A stretch of 64,000 bases of DNA from an uncultured bacterium (GCA_937879955.1 CALFMK010000001.1:442356-506355), one strand, 5' to 3'; counted from the first letter of the stretch, positions 10,410-20,253 are shown. A program made the numbers and translations. The notes: generated from the sequence alone by a model not told the origin.

Positions 10410-10416
10410 TTGTTCG
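10403..10416 (-). promoter_or_regulatory. SOS (Cheo-type) box CGAACAATTGTTCG directly upstream of lexA
   Basis: Perfect palindrome matching the CGAAC-N4-GTTCG LexA operator consensus of Gram-positive-type LexA. Confidence 0.7.
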
Positions 10417-10458
10417 AATGCTACCGAACACTATCTAAACGTGTGTAGGTACGGTGGA

Positions 10459-11094
10459 TTACTCCGGGAATATGGCAGACATCATCTCCTCGCCCACCCT
10501 CTCCAGGAGCGTCATGGCGGCGGCCTGATCGCTTCCGTACCCCTCGCGGATCTTCGCGTGCTGATGATCGAGGAAGGCCTGTCCGCTCGTCCGGTCGTTG
10601 CCTTGTCGCCTGAACGTGACGCCGTCGTTGAATATGTTCACCATCTTCGGCAGCGTCTTATCCATGACCTTCACGAACCGCGCCTCGGGTGTCGCGAGGC
10701 TTTCATACGCGTCGATCGTCTCACCAATCCATGGGAGCTCCGTATCAAACTCGGCTCGTATGCGCGCGAGCGCAGCCGCCTCCCGCTCCTCCTTACCAGC
10801 ATGATCGGCAGCGGTCATGATGTGCGCCGTCGGGGTGTCTCCGGCATACGTTTCGACGAGATCATGCACGAGCGCGAACTGCGCGACCAGCCCTCGGTCG
10901 AGCTCGGGCACGAAGCGCTCCGCGAACGCGCAGGCCACGAGTCCGAGCATCACCGTATGGTCCGTATCGGACTCCGGCGTCATGCCGTCCGGGTGGCAGG
11001 TGACACGATCCACCCTCCCGAACGCGAGCGAGAGGTTCGCCAGATCCATGAGTGCCTTCACGGACGATGGCTCGAGTTCGGGCGTCTGTTCCAT
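10459..11094 (-). CDS. HD-domain phosphohydrolase (YfbR-like 5'-nucleotidase family)
   Basis: 211 aa; HTVMLG...LVHDLVETYAGD metal-binding motif. Confidence 0.8.
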   Translation of the reverse strand: MEQTPELEPSSVKALMDLANLSLAFGRVDRVTCHPDGMTPESDTDHTVMLGLVACAFAERFVPELDRGLVAQFALVHDLVETYAGDTPTAHIMTAADHAGKEEREAAALARIRAEFDTELPWIGETIDAYESLATPEARFVKVMDKTLPKMVNIFNDGVTFRRQGNDRTSGQAFLDHQHAKIREGYGSDQAAAMTLLERVGEEMMSAIFPE

Positions 11095-11101
11095 GTCGAG
11101 A

Positions 11102-11731
11102 CTAGACCCCTACGAGAACCTGGAACACGTATCGGATAAGGAGCCCGAACGGCGCCGAGAGGAAGTAGGAGAACAGGAAGAGCACGAGGACGAGCGAGAG
11201 GATGCCGCCAGCCTGGATCTTGTACTCGAGGTCGCGGAGCGCGAGCGATGCGCGGTACGGCAGTATCCCGCGAAGCACCGTGAACCCGTCGAGCGGCGGG
11301 ATCGGAACGAGGTTGAAGAGGCCGAGCGAGAGGTTCACGAGCACCACGAGCGACGCGAGGCTGCCGAAAGCGTCCATGCCCTCCGCGAACGCGAGGCGTG
11401 CAAGAACGGCGAAGATGACGGCGACGAGAAGATTCGTGGCGACGCCCGCAGCCCCGACGATGGCCTCGCCCCACCGCTGGTTCTTCAAATTGTACGGATT
11501 GTACGGAACCGGCTTAGCCCAGCCGAACAGGAAGCCAGAATTCGTGAGGACGAGGACTGCCGGGATGAGGATGGAGCCTACCGGATCCACGTGCTTTATA
11601 GGGTTCAGGGTCAAGCGGCCCTGCAGCTTTGCCGTAGGATCGCCGAGCGCGTTAGCAGCCCATCCGTGGGCTACTTCATGCAGGATGACCGAGATAATGA
11701 GCACTATGACGGTAAAAATAGTGGTTTCCAT
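11102..11731 (-). CDS. Site-2 protease family (M50) membrane metalloprotease
   Basis: 209 aa polytopic; HEVAH zinc motif at the N-terminus; LDG motif downstream. Confidence 0.8.
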   Translation of the reverse strand: METTIFTVIVLIISVILHEVAHGWAANALGDPTAKLQGRLTLNPIKHVDPVGSILIPAVLVLTNSGFLFGWAKPVPYNPYNLKNQRWGEAIVGAAGVATNLLVAVIFAVLARLAFAEGMDAFGSLASLVVLVNLSLGLFNLVPIPPLDGFTVLRGILPYRASLALRDLEYKIQAGGILSLVLVLFLFSYFLSAPFGLLIRYVFQVLVGV

Positions 11732-11777
11732 GGAGAAGTTGCTTAAAAACGCCCGTTTATGCTAGCATGCAGGAACT

Positions 11778-12023
11778 ATGGCACGCGAATGCGCAGTAAC
11801 AGGAAAGTCGACCCAGATTGGAGGGCGGTACTCTAACCGTACCCGCGCTACCCAGTTCAACCCTACCGGGAAGGTACGCCGCCAGGCGAACCTCACGAAG
11901 CGCCGCGTCTTCGTCGCAGAGCTCGGCAAGGCACTCCTCATCGACGTGAGCGCCAAGGGCATGCGCCACATCAAGAAGAACGGCGCCTTCGCCACCCTCA
12001 AGAAGGCAGGGGTCATCAAGTAA
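11778..12023 (+). CDS. rpmB: 50S ribosomal protein L28
   Basis: 81 aa; MARECAVTGKSTQIGG..SN..TQFNP. Confidence 0.9.
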   Translation: MARECAVTGKSTQIGGRYSNRTRATQFNPTGKVRRQANLTKRRVFVAELGKALLIDVSAKGMRHIKKNGAFATLKKAGVIK

Positions 12024-12055
12024 AAAGAGCCGGCTCGTCCGGCTCTTTTCTTTTA
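12023..12055 (+). terminator. Rho-independent terminator after rpmB, bidirectional
   Basis: aaaagagccgg-ctcgt-ccggctctttt plus ttttt. Confidence 0.75.
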
Positions 12056-12063
12056 TATCCGTA

Positions 12064-12957
12064 TTACTTGCGCGAGACCGTCTTCCCGTCCGAGACGAAG
12101 ATGATCGTGCCACTCTCTATCGTCGAGATGGCTGCCGCCCCCGAATCCCTGATTCGCTCGAGCACATCCGCGCTCGGATGACCGTACGAATTGTCCTTGC
12201 CTGCCGATATGACGACCGTATCCGGATCGACCGCACCGAGGAAGAGCGCGCCGGTCGAGGTCTTCGAGCCGTGATGCCCGGCCTTGAGCACATCGCTCCT
12301 CAGACCATCTCCGTATCCCTTCACGAGACGGTCCTCTACCCAGGACGGCGCGTCGCCCGTGAGCATGAACTCGGTATCGCCGTATACCAGCCGCATCACC
12401 ACCGACGCATCGTTCGTATCAGGAAGCTTCGCGACGTTGTCCTCGGGGTGAAGTACGTCCGCATAGGCCCCGCCGCCCAGATGGATGCGCATACCCTTCC
12501 GCGCGACTCCCCGCGCCATCCCGCGCTCACCTGTGGACGCTGCCTCGAGGCGATCGACGAATGAAGAGTCGGTCTCGCGTCCGGATGAGAGGAGGTGCGC
12601 TACCTGGTAGCGCGCGAGCACGTCCGGGAGCCCTCCGATATGATCCGCATCAGGGTGCGTCGCCACCATCAGGTCGATCGTGCGGTCGAGCGGACCCATG
12701 ACCTTAGGCAGCGCGCGTATGACCGAACGATCCTTCCCGCCGTCGATGAGTACCTGTATACCGGTCGGTCCTTTCACGAGGATGCTGTCTCCTTGCCCGA
12801 CATCGAGGAACGAGACCGTGAGGGTCGGCGCCGCATCATGCCTCAACGCGAGCGCATACGCCGCCGCGTTCCCTGCGAGCAGCAGGAACGTGAGCAGCGC
12901 GAGCACCGGATACGGGATGCGGGTCTTCATGAGCCAGGGACATAATCGCATGCTCAC
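12064..12957 (-). CDS. ComEC-type metallo-beta-lactamase-fold domain protein (stand-alone)
   Basis: 297 aa; TM anchor then VSFLDVGQGDSILV...ATHPDADHIGG...GDTEFMLTGD...AGHHGS motifs; alternative start at 12930. Confidence 0.8.
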   Translation of the reverse strand: MSMRLCPWLMKTRIPYPVLALLTFLLLAGNAAAYALALRHDAAPTLTVSFLDVGQGDSILVKGPTGIQVLIDGGKDRSVIRALPKVMGPLDRTIDLMVATHPDADHIGGLPDVLARYQVAHLLSSGRETDSSFVDRLEAASTGERGMARGVARKGMRIHLGGGAYADVLHPEDNVAKLPDTNDASVVMRLVYGDTEFMLTGDAPSWVEDRLVKGYGDGLRSDVLKAGHHGSKTSTGALFLGAVDPDTVVISAGKDNSYGHPSADVLERIRDSGAAAISTIESGTIIFVSDGKTVSRK

Positions 12958-13013
12958 GCGCTCCTCATGCCCTGAGGCGGTATACTCTGCCCAGGAACTA
13001 ACACCTCGAACCT

Positions 13014-13610
13014 ATGTCATACACCGCCCGCACGTTTGATCTCCCTACCTTGAAGGGCCTCTCCCCCGAGCAAATCGCCGTACACCTCGCGCTCTACGAG
13101 GGCTACGTGAAGCACACGAACCTCATCCTCGACACCATAAAGAGACTGCGCGACGCGGATGCCGAAGGCAACGCGTTCGTCATCAACGAGCTTCGCCGCC
13201 GCCTCGGGTTCGAGTTCGACGGGATGCGCATGCATGAGTACTACTTCGAGCAGTTCGAGGGCGGAGGCGCGGTCGCATCCGCCGAGGACAGCCTCCGGAA
13301 GGTCGCCATCGAGAAGTACGGCAGCTGGGACGGGTTCATCGCGCATATAAAAGAGGTTGCCGGGACCCGCGGCATCGGCTGGGTCGTCGTGTACTACGAC
13401 GCACGCACCGCGACGCTGCACACGGCGTTCGTGAACGATCACGAGCTCGGACAGCTCGCCGGACTCCCGATCATGCTCGCGATCGACCTCTGGGAGCACG
13501 CGTACATGGTCGACTACAGGCCGGCCGAGAAGAAGACCTACGTGGAAGCATTCCTCGAGAACGTGCACTGGCCGGTCGTCGAAGAACGCCTGAGAAAAGC
13601 GCTCGCATAG
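13014..13610 (+). CDS. sodA: Fe/Mn superoxide dismutase
   Basis: 198 aa; DLWEHAY motif and conserved N-terminal helix residues. Confidence 0.92.
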   Translation: MSYTARTFDLPTLKGLSPEQIAVHLALYEGYVKHTNLILDTIKRLRDADAEGNAFVINELRRRLGFEFDGMRMHEYYFEQFEGGGAVASAEDSLRKVAIEKYGSWDGFIAHIKEVAGTRGIGWVVVYYDARTATLHTAFVNDHELGQLAGLPIMLAIDLWEHAYMVDYRPAEKKTYVEAFLENVHWPVVEERLRKALA

Positions 13611-13612
13611 CG

Positions 13613-15094
13613 CTAGGCACGAAGCGCCCGGGAGGCCTCTGGCTTCCCGGGCGCTTTCGCTATGACCCATCCGAGAATGACATACGAAAGAATGGTGATT
13701 GCGAACGGGAACTGCGGAACCGCGAAGGACGCAAGCGGAAGCGTCGCTGTGAATCGCGCGGTCTCGATGACATACGAGAGAAGCACGTGCGCCGGGAACC
13801 CGAAGAGCGGCGCGGCAGCAGGCATGAGCATGCTCAGCACGCCCGCGAGCGCGGAGAGCGCCATTGCGAGCGGCACCACCGGGAGCACGAGCAGGTTCGC
13901 CGGGAGCGAGACCACGGAGAAGAGGCCGGTCTGATACAGGAGGAGCGGGAGCACGGCGACCTGGGCAGCGAGCGTCGCCGCGAGGAGATCGCGCCAGAAC
14001 GCGCTCGCGATCCACATGAAGCGAGCCTCGATGATCGGCGAGAGAAGGATGAGGCCGAGCGTGGCCAGGAAGGACAGCTGGAATCCAGGATCGTACGCGA
14101 GAAGGAGCGGATTCGCGACGAGCATCAGGAACGCGACGAACAGGAGCGCCCGGACGACCGCATACGTGCGGCCGGTTGCCCGAGCGAAGAGCGCGAGCCC
14201 TGCCATGAGTCCCGCGCGTATGCTCGCGCTTCCGGCTCCTGCGGCGAGCACGAAGAATCCTATGATGACGCCGGCCACCGATGCCGCCACCCGCTTCGGA
14301 AGGAAGCCGAGCGCGCGAAGCACGCTCTCCGCGACGATCATCACGTTATAACCGGACAGCACGACGATATGCACGAGCCCGGCGATGACGAACATTGCGA
14401 GGAGCTCCTCCCCGAGCCCCTGCTTCCCGCCCGTGATGAGCCCTGATGCGAGGGATGCGCCCGGCTCGGGTATGCCCGCGGCAAGCGCGTCCTGGAATGC
14501 GTGCTTCCCTTCGATCAGAAGCGCCATGGCATGCGCGGATATGCCGCGCGCGGAATCGATAGGATCGATATGCGCCTTGCTCACGAGCGCGAAGATACCG
14601 TCCTTCGAGAGGAAGCGGTCATAGCGGAAGGTGCGCCCCGTATCGGTCTCGAACGGCTCAGGGCGCTCGAGCCTTCCCTGGACCTCTACATGGTCCCCGT
14701 ACCTTACTTCAGGATAGAGCGGTGCCACCGCGAGCACCTTCGTCCTCTCACCGTCCTTCTCGACCTGGATGGTGACGCGTTGCGTCGTCTCGCGGATATC
14801 GGGCTCGGCGACCACGACGCCTTCGAACGACACCGTCGCGTCGAGGAGCGGGACGAACGGTTCGGGAAGATGCGCAGGCGCGAGCATCACGCGTCCGGCA
14901 CCGAGCACGCCTCCCATGAGCGCGACCGCGATGATGAGGTACCCGGTCCGTCTCTCGCGCTTCCATGCGAAAAGCGTGAGCGCAGCTATGAGAGATATGA
15001 ATACGAGATAGTGCCACGGTAAAACGAGAAGCGAGCGGCATAGTGTGCCGCTCGCGAATCCTGCGAACCCTGCAAGGAGGATCCTGTCCCTCAT
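13613..15094 (-). CDS. comEC: ComEC/Rec2 competence membrane channel domain protein (lacks the lactamase domain)
   Basis: Polytopic protein; start set at MRDRILLAG (15092-15094), which overlaps the rnhA stop (ATGA); the upstream R-rich ORF extension was rejected. Confidence 0.85.
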   Translation of the reverse strand: MRDRILLAGFAGFASGTLCRSLLVLPWHYLVFISLIAALTLFAWKRERRTGYLIIAVALMGGVLGAGRVMLAPAHLPEPFVPLLDATVSFEGVVVAEPDIRETTQRVTIQVEKDGERTKVLAVAPLYPEVRYGDHVEVQGRLERPEPFETDTGRTFRYDRFLSKDGIFALVSKAHIDPIDSARGISAHAMALLIEGKHAFQDALAAGIPEPGASLASGLITGGKQGLGEELLAMFVIAGLVHIVVLSGYNVMIVAESVLRALGFLPKRVAASVAGVIIGFFVLAAGAGSASIRAGLMAGLALFARATGRTYAVVRALLFVAFLMLVANPLLLAYDPGFQLSFLATLGLILLSPIIEARFMWIASAFWRDLLAATLAAQVAVLPLLLYQTGLFSVVSLPANLLVLPVVPLAMALSALAGVLSMLMPAAAPLFGFPAHVLLSYVIETARFTATLPLASFAVPQFPFAITILSYVILGWVIAKAPGKPEASRALRA

Positions 15095-15507
15095 GCCCCG
15101 CGATCCATCGCCTCGTTCGCGAGACGGTCCGCGTCCTTGTTGTGCTCGCGATACACGTGCTCGAACGATACCGATCCGAACAAGCGAACGAGCTCGCTGA
15201 CCTTCTCTGCCAGCGGCCTCATGTTCGGATGCTTGATCTTCCACTCGCCTTTCATCTGCCGTATCACGAGCATGCTGTCCATGCGGACGTGGACTTCCGC
15301 GTCTTTCGCCTTCTGTCCGAGCATGGTCGCGAGCATGGCGAGCCCGCGTAGCACGGCCGTATACTCGGCGACATTGTTGGTCGTGGTACCGAGGAACTCG
15401 GAGACCGTGCCCACGACCTCTCCCGCCTCGTTCCTTATGATCGCCCCGCTGCCCGCAGGCCCCGGATTCCCGCGCGAACCGCCGTCTCCGTATATCGTAA
15501 AGCGCAT
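15091..15507 (-). CDS. rnhA: Ribonuclease HI
   Basis: 138 aa; MRFTIYGDGGSRGNPGPAG...EYTAVLRGL...HNKDADRLAN. Confidence 0.9.
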   Translation of the reverse strand: MRFTIYGDGGSRGNPGPAGSGAIIRNEAGEVVGTVSEFLGTTTNNVAEYTAVLRGLAMLATMLGQKAKDAEVHVRMDSMLVIRQMKGEWKIKHPNMRPLAEKVSELVRLFGSVSFEHVYREHNKDADRLANEAMDRGA

Positions 15508-15524
15508 AGGAATCAGTATAGCAA

Positions 15525-17267
15525 TCAGCGGATCTCAACGATGCGCAGCCGGAGCGGCTGCCCGCGCGTGAACGTGTCCTCCTCGAGATGCGCGAGGAGC
15601 GCGACGACCTGCCCCTTCGCGAGCCTCTCCGCACGATTCCCGAGCTGGCGCTTCGCGTAGAAGGTCATGGCCTCAATCGGCGGCTCCGGGAACTCCTCAT
15701 GCCCGCGCCGTATCGCGAGGCGCAGATGCTCGTCCGCCTTCCCGAACCACGAGACGTGCTCGATGTACGCCTCATTGAACGCGATGGCCGGCTTCGGATT
15801 CATCATGCCGAACGGCGCGAGCCTCTCGATCCTCTTGAGGAGATCCTTCGAGACCTGGTCCGTATCCATGGCGAGGTCCGCACGCACGGCCTCGCGCTCG
15901 TCTTCCTTCGGAAGCGATGCGAGCGCGGCAGCGAGCCGCTCCTCGAGATCGAAGACCGCGTGAGGCGCGACGGAGAAGCCGCCGGAGGCCTTGTGCCCGC
16001 CGAAGCCGAGGAACGTATCCCCGGCCGCCTGCATGAGCTCGACCACGTTCGCGTTCCCCGGGCCCGAACGGCACGATCCCTTCATGGTGTCGTTCCCCTC
16101 GCGTCCCCAGAGGAAGACCGGCCGCCCGTACTCCTCGGCGATGCCGTTCGCCACGAGCCCGAGGAGCCCCGGACGCCAGTCCGGATCCCCCATCGCGATG
16201 ACCGAGGAGAGCTCCTTCCCTTCGCTCTTACGTTCCATGAGCCGGTCATGGACCGCGCGCGTTATGGCACCCGCCGTCGCGCGTCGGGAACGGTTGAGCG
16301 ACTCGAGCTTCTTCGCGAGCTCGTCTGCCTGCGACTCGTCGGTCGTCGAGAGCAGGAGGAATGCGTCTCTCGGATCGCCCATGCGCGACGCCGCATTGAT
16401 CCTTGGCGCGATCATGAAGCCGACATCGTCCTCGACGATCTTCCTCTGGTCGACCCGCGCGACCTTGCAGAGCTTCTGGAGGCCGAGACGCGGAGACTTC
16501 CGCATCACCATGAGCCCGTACGTCGCGATGACGCGGTTCTCGCCGGTAAGCGGGACCATGTCGGCGATAGTGGACATGCCTGCCATATCGAGAAGCCACT
16601 TCTCCCACCCCTCCGGTATCAGCTCGCGTCCCGGGAAACCGGCCGCAAGCGTTCCGCACACGAGCTTCCATGCGACACCAGCACCGCACAGTCCCTTATA
16701 GGGATAGGTCTCGTCTTCCCGCGCGTTCGGGTTGAGGACCGCGAACGCAGGAGGAAGGCCGTCAGCGCTCGGGAGGTGATGGTCGGTAACGATCACGTCC
16801 ATGCCGAGCTCGTTCGCCCGTGCCACCGCGACAGTGTCCGTGATACCGGAGTCGACCGTGATGACGAGCGTGACGCCTTCGCGCGCGAGCTTCTCGAGCC
16901 CTGGGATATTCACGCCGTACCCCTCGTTATGGCGGTGCGGGATGTAGTTCACGAAATTCGCCCCGGCCTTCTTGAGGAAATCGTGCATGAGCACGCCGCC
17001 AGGTATGCCGTCGCAGTCATAATCGCTCCAGACCGCGACCTTCTCGCTCGTTCCGATCGCCTGTGCAAGGCGCTCCGCCGCCTTCGGCATGTCGATCATC
17101 AGCATCGGGTCGTGTATGTGCTCGTCGTACGAGGGCGAGAGGAATGCCTCCGCCTCCGCGAGCGTCGTCACGCCGCGCCTCGCGAGGAGCGATGCCGTCA
17201 TGTCGTCATAAGCCTCGAGCGCTTTCCGCACGGTCTCGTCTATCGGGTCATGGAGGAGAAAGGCCAT
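15525..17267 (-). CDS. recJ: Single-stranded-DNA-specific exonuclease RecJ
   Basis: 580 aa; DHH motifs (SDYDCDG...TDHH) and DHHA1 region. Confidence 0.92.
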   Translation of the reverse strand: MAFLLHDPIDETVRKALEAYDDMTASLLARRGVTTLAEAEAFLSPSYDEHIHDPMLMIDMPKAAERLAQAIGTSEKVAVWSDYDCDGIPGGVLMHDFLKKAGANFVNYIPHRHNEGYGVNIPGLEKLAREGVTLVITVDSGITDTVAVARANELGMDVIVTDHHLPSADGLPPAFAVLNPNAREDETYPYKGLCGAGVAWKLVCGTLAAGFPGRELIPEGWEKWLLDMAGMSTIADMVPLTGENRVIATYGLMVMRKSPRLGLQKLCKVARVDQRKIVEDDVGFMIAPRINAASRMGDPRDAFLLLSTTDESQADELAKKLESLNRSRRATAGAITRAVHDRLMERKSEGKELSSVIAMGDPDWRPGLLGLVANGIAEEYGRPVFLWGREGNDTMKGSCRSGPGNANVVELMQAAGDTFLGFGGHKASGGFSVAPHAVFDLEERLAAALASLPKEDEREAVRADLAMDTDQVSKDLLKRIERLAPFGMMNPKPAIAFNEAYIEHVSWFGKADEHLRLAIRRGHEEFPEPPIEAMTFYAKRQLGNRAERLAKGQVVALLAHLEEDTFTRGQPLRLRIVEIR

Positions 17268-17313
17268 CGTCCGTGCATTGTATCAAAATCGGCTCGCGGG
17301 GTATCCTCTGCGT

Positions 17314-17727
17314 ATGGAGGACACCATTTTCATGAAGATCATCCGCCGGGAGGTTCCCGCGGACATCGTGTACGAGGACGACGAGACGCTCGCGTTCCTC
17401 GACATCGCCCCGAACGCGCCCGGCCACACGCTCGTGATCCCGAAGAGGCCGTTCCGGAACATCTTCGATGTCGACCAGGAGACCTTCGCCGCGGTCATGG
17501 AGACGGTGCGCAAGATCGCCCCGGCGGTCCGCGACGCGGTAGGCGCGTCGGGTGTGCACATAAACTCGAACCATGAGCCTGAGGCAGGACAGGAGGTGCC
17601 TCATCTCCATATGCATATCATCCCCCGCCACGACCGGAGCTATTTCGAGTTCCCGTGGCCGAAGCTTCCGTACGTCGAGCGCGAAGCTAAAGATATCGCG
17701 GAGAAGATCCGCAGCAGGATCGGCTAG
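17314..17727 (+). CDS. HIT-family (histidine triad) nucleotide hydrolase
   Basis: HLHMHIIPR triad; start at MEDTIFMKII. Confidence 0.85.
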   Translation: MEDTIFMKIIRREVPADIVYEDDETLAFLDIAPNAPGHTLVIPKRPFRNIFDVDQETFAAVMETVRKIAPAVRDAVGASGVHINSNHEPEAGQEVPHLHMHIIPRHDRSYFEFPWPKLPYVEREAKDIAEKIRSRIG

Positions 17728-18857
17728 TCGAGCGCCTTCAGGCCCGGCAGCGTCCCTTTCGCGAGATAGTCGAGCATCGCGCCGCCGCCGGTCGAGATGA
17801 ACGAGAAGTCATCGTTCAGCCTGAGCGACTCTATGGCCGCGACCGTATCGCCGCCACCGACGATCGATCGGGCATCGACATCCGCGATTACCCTCGCGAG
17901 CGCGATCGTCCCCTGCACGAATCCGTTCTCGTAGTTTCCGAGCGGCCCGTTCCAGAGGATGGTCTTCGCCTTCGACGCGTATCCCGCGAGCAGCGCGACC
18001 GTCTCCGGCCCGTTATCGAGGATCGCCTCGTCCGGCCTCACGTCGTTCACGTCGCAGACGCGTCCCGCGCTCACGTCCTTCCCTGCCGGCGCGACGACGT
18101 AGTCGACCGGGAGCAGGAGCTTCTTGCTCTTGGCCAGCACGCGCAGCTCATTCGCATCCGCCCCAGACACGAGCGATCTCCCGACCGGGAATCCTTTCGC
18201 CTGCATGAAATCGTTCGCGAGCGCGCCCCCAACGAACACCGCCTTATATGACTTCAGAAGCTTCTTCAGCACCGGCTCCTTCGTGGCAAACTTCGCGCCA
18301 CCGATGATCGCGAGCGACGGATGCTTCGGTCGCAGCGCCTTCGACAGCTGTCGCACCTCCTCCTGCACGAGGAAGCCTGCGTAGCTCGGGAGAAGCGCCG
18401 GCACGCCGACTACCGAGGCGTGCGCCCTATGGCACACGTCGAAGGAATCCTCGACGAACACGTCCGCGAGCGCGGCCAGGCTCGCCGCGAAGGCAGGGTC
18501 GTTCCCCTGCTCTCCCTTGTCGCGCCGCAGGTTCTCGAGCATGAGCACGCCGCCCGGCGGGAGCGCTTCGACGGCAGCGTGCGCCGCAGCATCGACCGTT
18601 GTCGGACAGAACGCGAGGTCTCGCACGAACCCCTTCATGGCTCGATAGACCGGCTCGAGCGTCTCCGTGCCCTTGTCGCCGATATGCCCGATGAGTATCA
18701 CGCGCGCATGGCGCTTCCGGAGGTATTCGATCGTCGGGAGCGCCTGGCGGAGACGGAAGGCGCCTGAGACCTCCCCGTCCTTCACGGGCACGTTGAGCGC
18801 GGCACGTACCAGGACCGGCACGTTCTCGAGCTTCTTTATTTTCTCGACGCTCCGCAT
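17724..18857 (-). CDS. pgk: Phosphoglycerate kinase
   Basis: 377 aa; LVRAALNVP, ILIGHIG, GGGA..LD motifs. Confidence 0.95.
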   Translation of the reverse strand: MRSVEKIKKLENVPVLVRAALNVPVKDGEVSGAFRLRQALPTIEYLRKRHARVILIGHIGDKGTETLEPVYRAMKGFVRDLAFCPTTVDAAAHAAVEALPPGGVLMLENLRRDKGEQGNDPAFAASLAALADVFVEDSFDVCHRAHASVVGVPALLPSYAGFLVQEEVRQLSKALRPKHPSLAIIGGAKFATKEPVLKKLLKSYKAVFVGGALANDFMQAKGFPVGRSLVSGADANELRVLAKSKKLLLPVDYVVAPAGKDVSAGRVCDVNDVRPDEAILDNGPETVALLAGYASKAKTILWNGPLGNYENGFVQGTIALARVIADVDARSIVGGGDTVAAIESLRLNDDFSFISTGGGAMLDYLAKGTLPGLKALD

Positions 18858-18859
18858 TG

Positions 18860-19609
18860 CTAGGAGACCACCTTCACGAGCGCGGAGAATCCGGCGACGT
18901 CGGTAGATGCGCGGCCGACGAGGAACCCGTCGATGCCGGTACCTGCCGCGAGCGCGCGAGCGTCGTCAGCGTCGACCGACCCGCCGTAGAGGATGCGGAC
19001 CTTCTGGTTCGCGCGCCCCGGCATGAAATCGGCGAGCACCTTCCGTATGTAGAGGACCATCTCGCTCAGGTCGGACGGCTGGATCGCCTCCGCATCCGTC
19101 TTCCCGATCGCCCAGATGGGCTCGTACGCGATGACCGCCGACAGGCGTTCCTTGGTCGAGAAGGACACGAACGCGGCGCTCACCTGCTGCCGGACCTTCT
19201 TGAGGTACTGTGCCTCGGGATCACGCTCGGCCTCGCCGACGCATATGATCGGCGTCATGCCGTGCGCGAGCGCATGACGCGCCTTCTCGACGACGATCTC
19301 ATCCGTCTCCCCGCGCGCCCTGCGCTCGGAATGCCCTACGATGACGTACGAGACGCCGAGCTCCTTCAGGAGCCCTGCCGTGACCTCGCCGGTTTGTGCC
19401 CCGCCGACCGTTATCGATACGTCCTGGGCGGCGAGCCAGGGCCCGTTCGCCGCAGGCTTCGAAGGCGCGAGCAGTCCGAGATACGGGAGCGGCGGCGCGA
19501 CCACGATCTCATGGTCGCCCTTCGCTGCAAGGCGCTTCGCGCCCGCGTAGAGCGCCATCGCCTTCGCCTTCGATTCCACGTACGCCTTCCAGTTTCCGAC
19601 GATGAGCAT
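18860..19609 (-). CDS. tpiA: Triosephosphate isomerase
   Basis: 249 aa; GNWKA, IVGHSERR, AYEPIWAIGTG motifs. Confidence 0.95.
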   Translation of the reverse strand: MLIVGNWKAYVESKAKAMALYAGAKRLAAKGDHEIVVAPPLPYLGLLAPSKPAANGPWLAAQDVSITVGGAQTGEVTAGLLKELGVSYVIVGHSERRARGETDEIVVEKARHALAHGMTPIICVGEAERDPEAQYLKKVRQQVSAAFVSFSTKERLSAVIAYEPIWAIGKTDAEAIQPSDLSEMVLYIRKVLADFMPGRANQKVRILYGGSVDADDARALAAGTGIDGFLVGRASTDVAGFSALVKVVS

Positions 19610-19649
19610 GCCTCTATAGTAGCAGGTAGGAATCGGCCCGGGAGCGATA

Positions 19650-20207
19650 TCAGGGCCGCTCGTGCCTCAGGATGGCATCGAGCGCTTCCGGGAACGCCGC
19701 CATGGGCGTGGGGTAGCCGAAATGCTGCCTGTCCGGAAATTCGGCATACTCGCTCCCGAGCTTCTCATGCACGAAACGGCTTTCTTTGATCGGTATCACC
19801 GGATCGTCCACGGAGCCGAACTGCGCGATCCATCCCTGGTTTTCTTTGATGGCGTCCCACTGCCACGGGTCCTTGTAGTAGCCGGAGACCTTCTCGAGCA
19901 GCGAGCCGAGGTCGGTATGGCAGGCACCGACGAGCACCGAACCCCTTATCTTATGGGTCTCCGCGTACCGCATCGCGGCGACAGCTCCGGACGAGTAGCC
20001 CACGAGTATCGTATGCTCGTCCGCACCGAGCTTCTCGATGTACGGGAGCCAGACCGACCTCCTCGCCATGAAGTTGTCGGGGAACGTAGGGCTCACCGCA
20101 GGGATGCCGCGCTTCCCGAGCTCTTCGGCGAGCCACCCGAGCCACTGCGTGTTGCCGGTGCCGCCGGCGTTCCCGTGGATGATGATGGCCTTGATGGAGG
20201 GTTCCAT
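19650..20207 (-). CDS. Small alpha/beta hydrolase (YdeN/RBBP9-like serine hydrolase)
   Basis: 185 aa; GYSSG nucleophile elbow. Confidence 0.7.
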   Translation of the reverse strand: MEPSIKAIIIHGNAGGTGNTQWLGWLAEELGKRGIPAVSPTFPDNFMARRSVWLPYIEKLGADEHTILVGYSSGAVAAMRYAETHKIRGSVLVGACHTDLGSLLEKVSGYYKDPWQWDAIKENQGWIAQFGSVDDPVIPIKESRFVHEKLGSEYAEFPDRQHFGYPTPMAAFPEALDAILRHERP

Positions 20208-20253
20208 CGCTCCATTCTACTGGCGAAGGCGCTCGCGTCCTGTGCATAGAGAA

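Noticed and set aside
13017-14446. Several overlapping ORFs (13017..14015 -, 13787..14446 +, 14016..14351 +) across sodA and comEC
   Set aside because: Either antisense to sodA/comEC, or an R-rich extension upstream of the real comEC start at 15094 that is coupled to rnhA.
15588-17576. 662-aa + strand ORF antisense to recJ
   Set aside because: Same artefact: extreme Arg/His/Asp/Leu composition, overlapping recJ and HIT.
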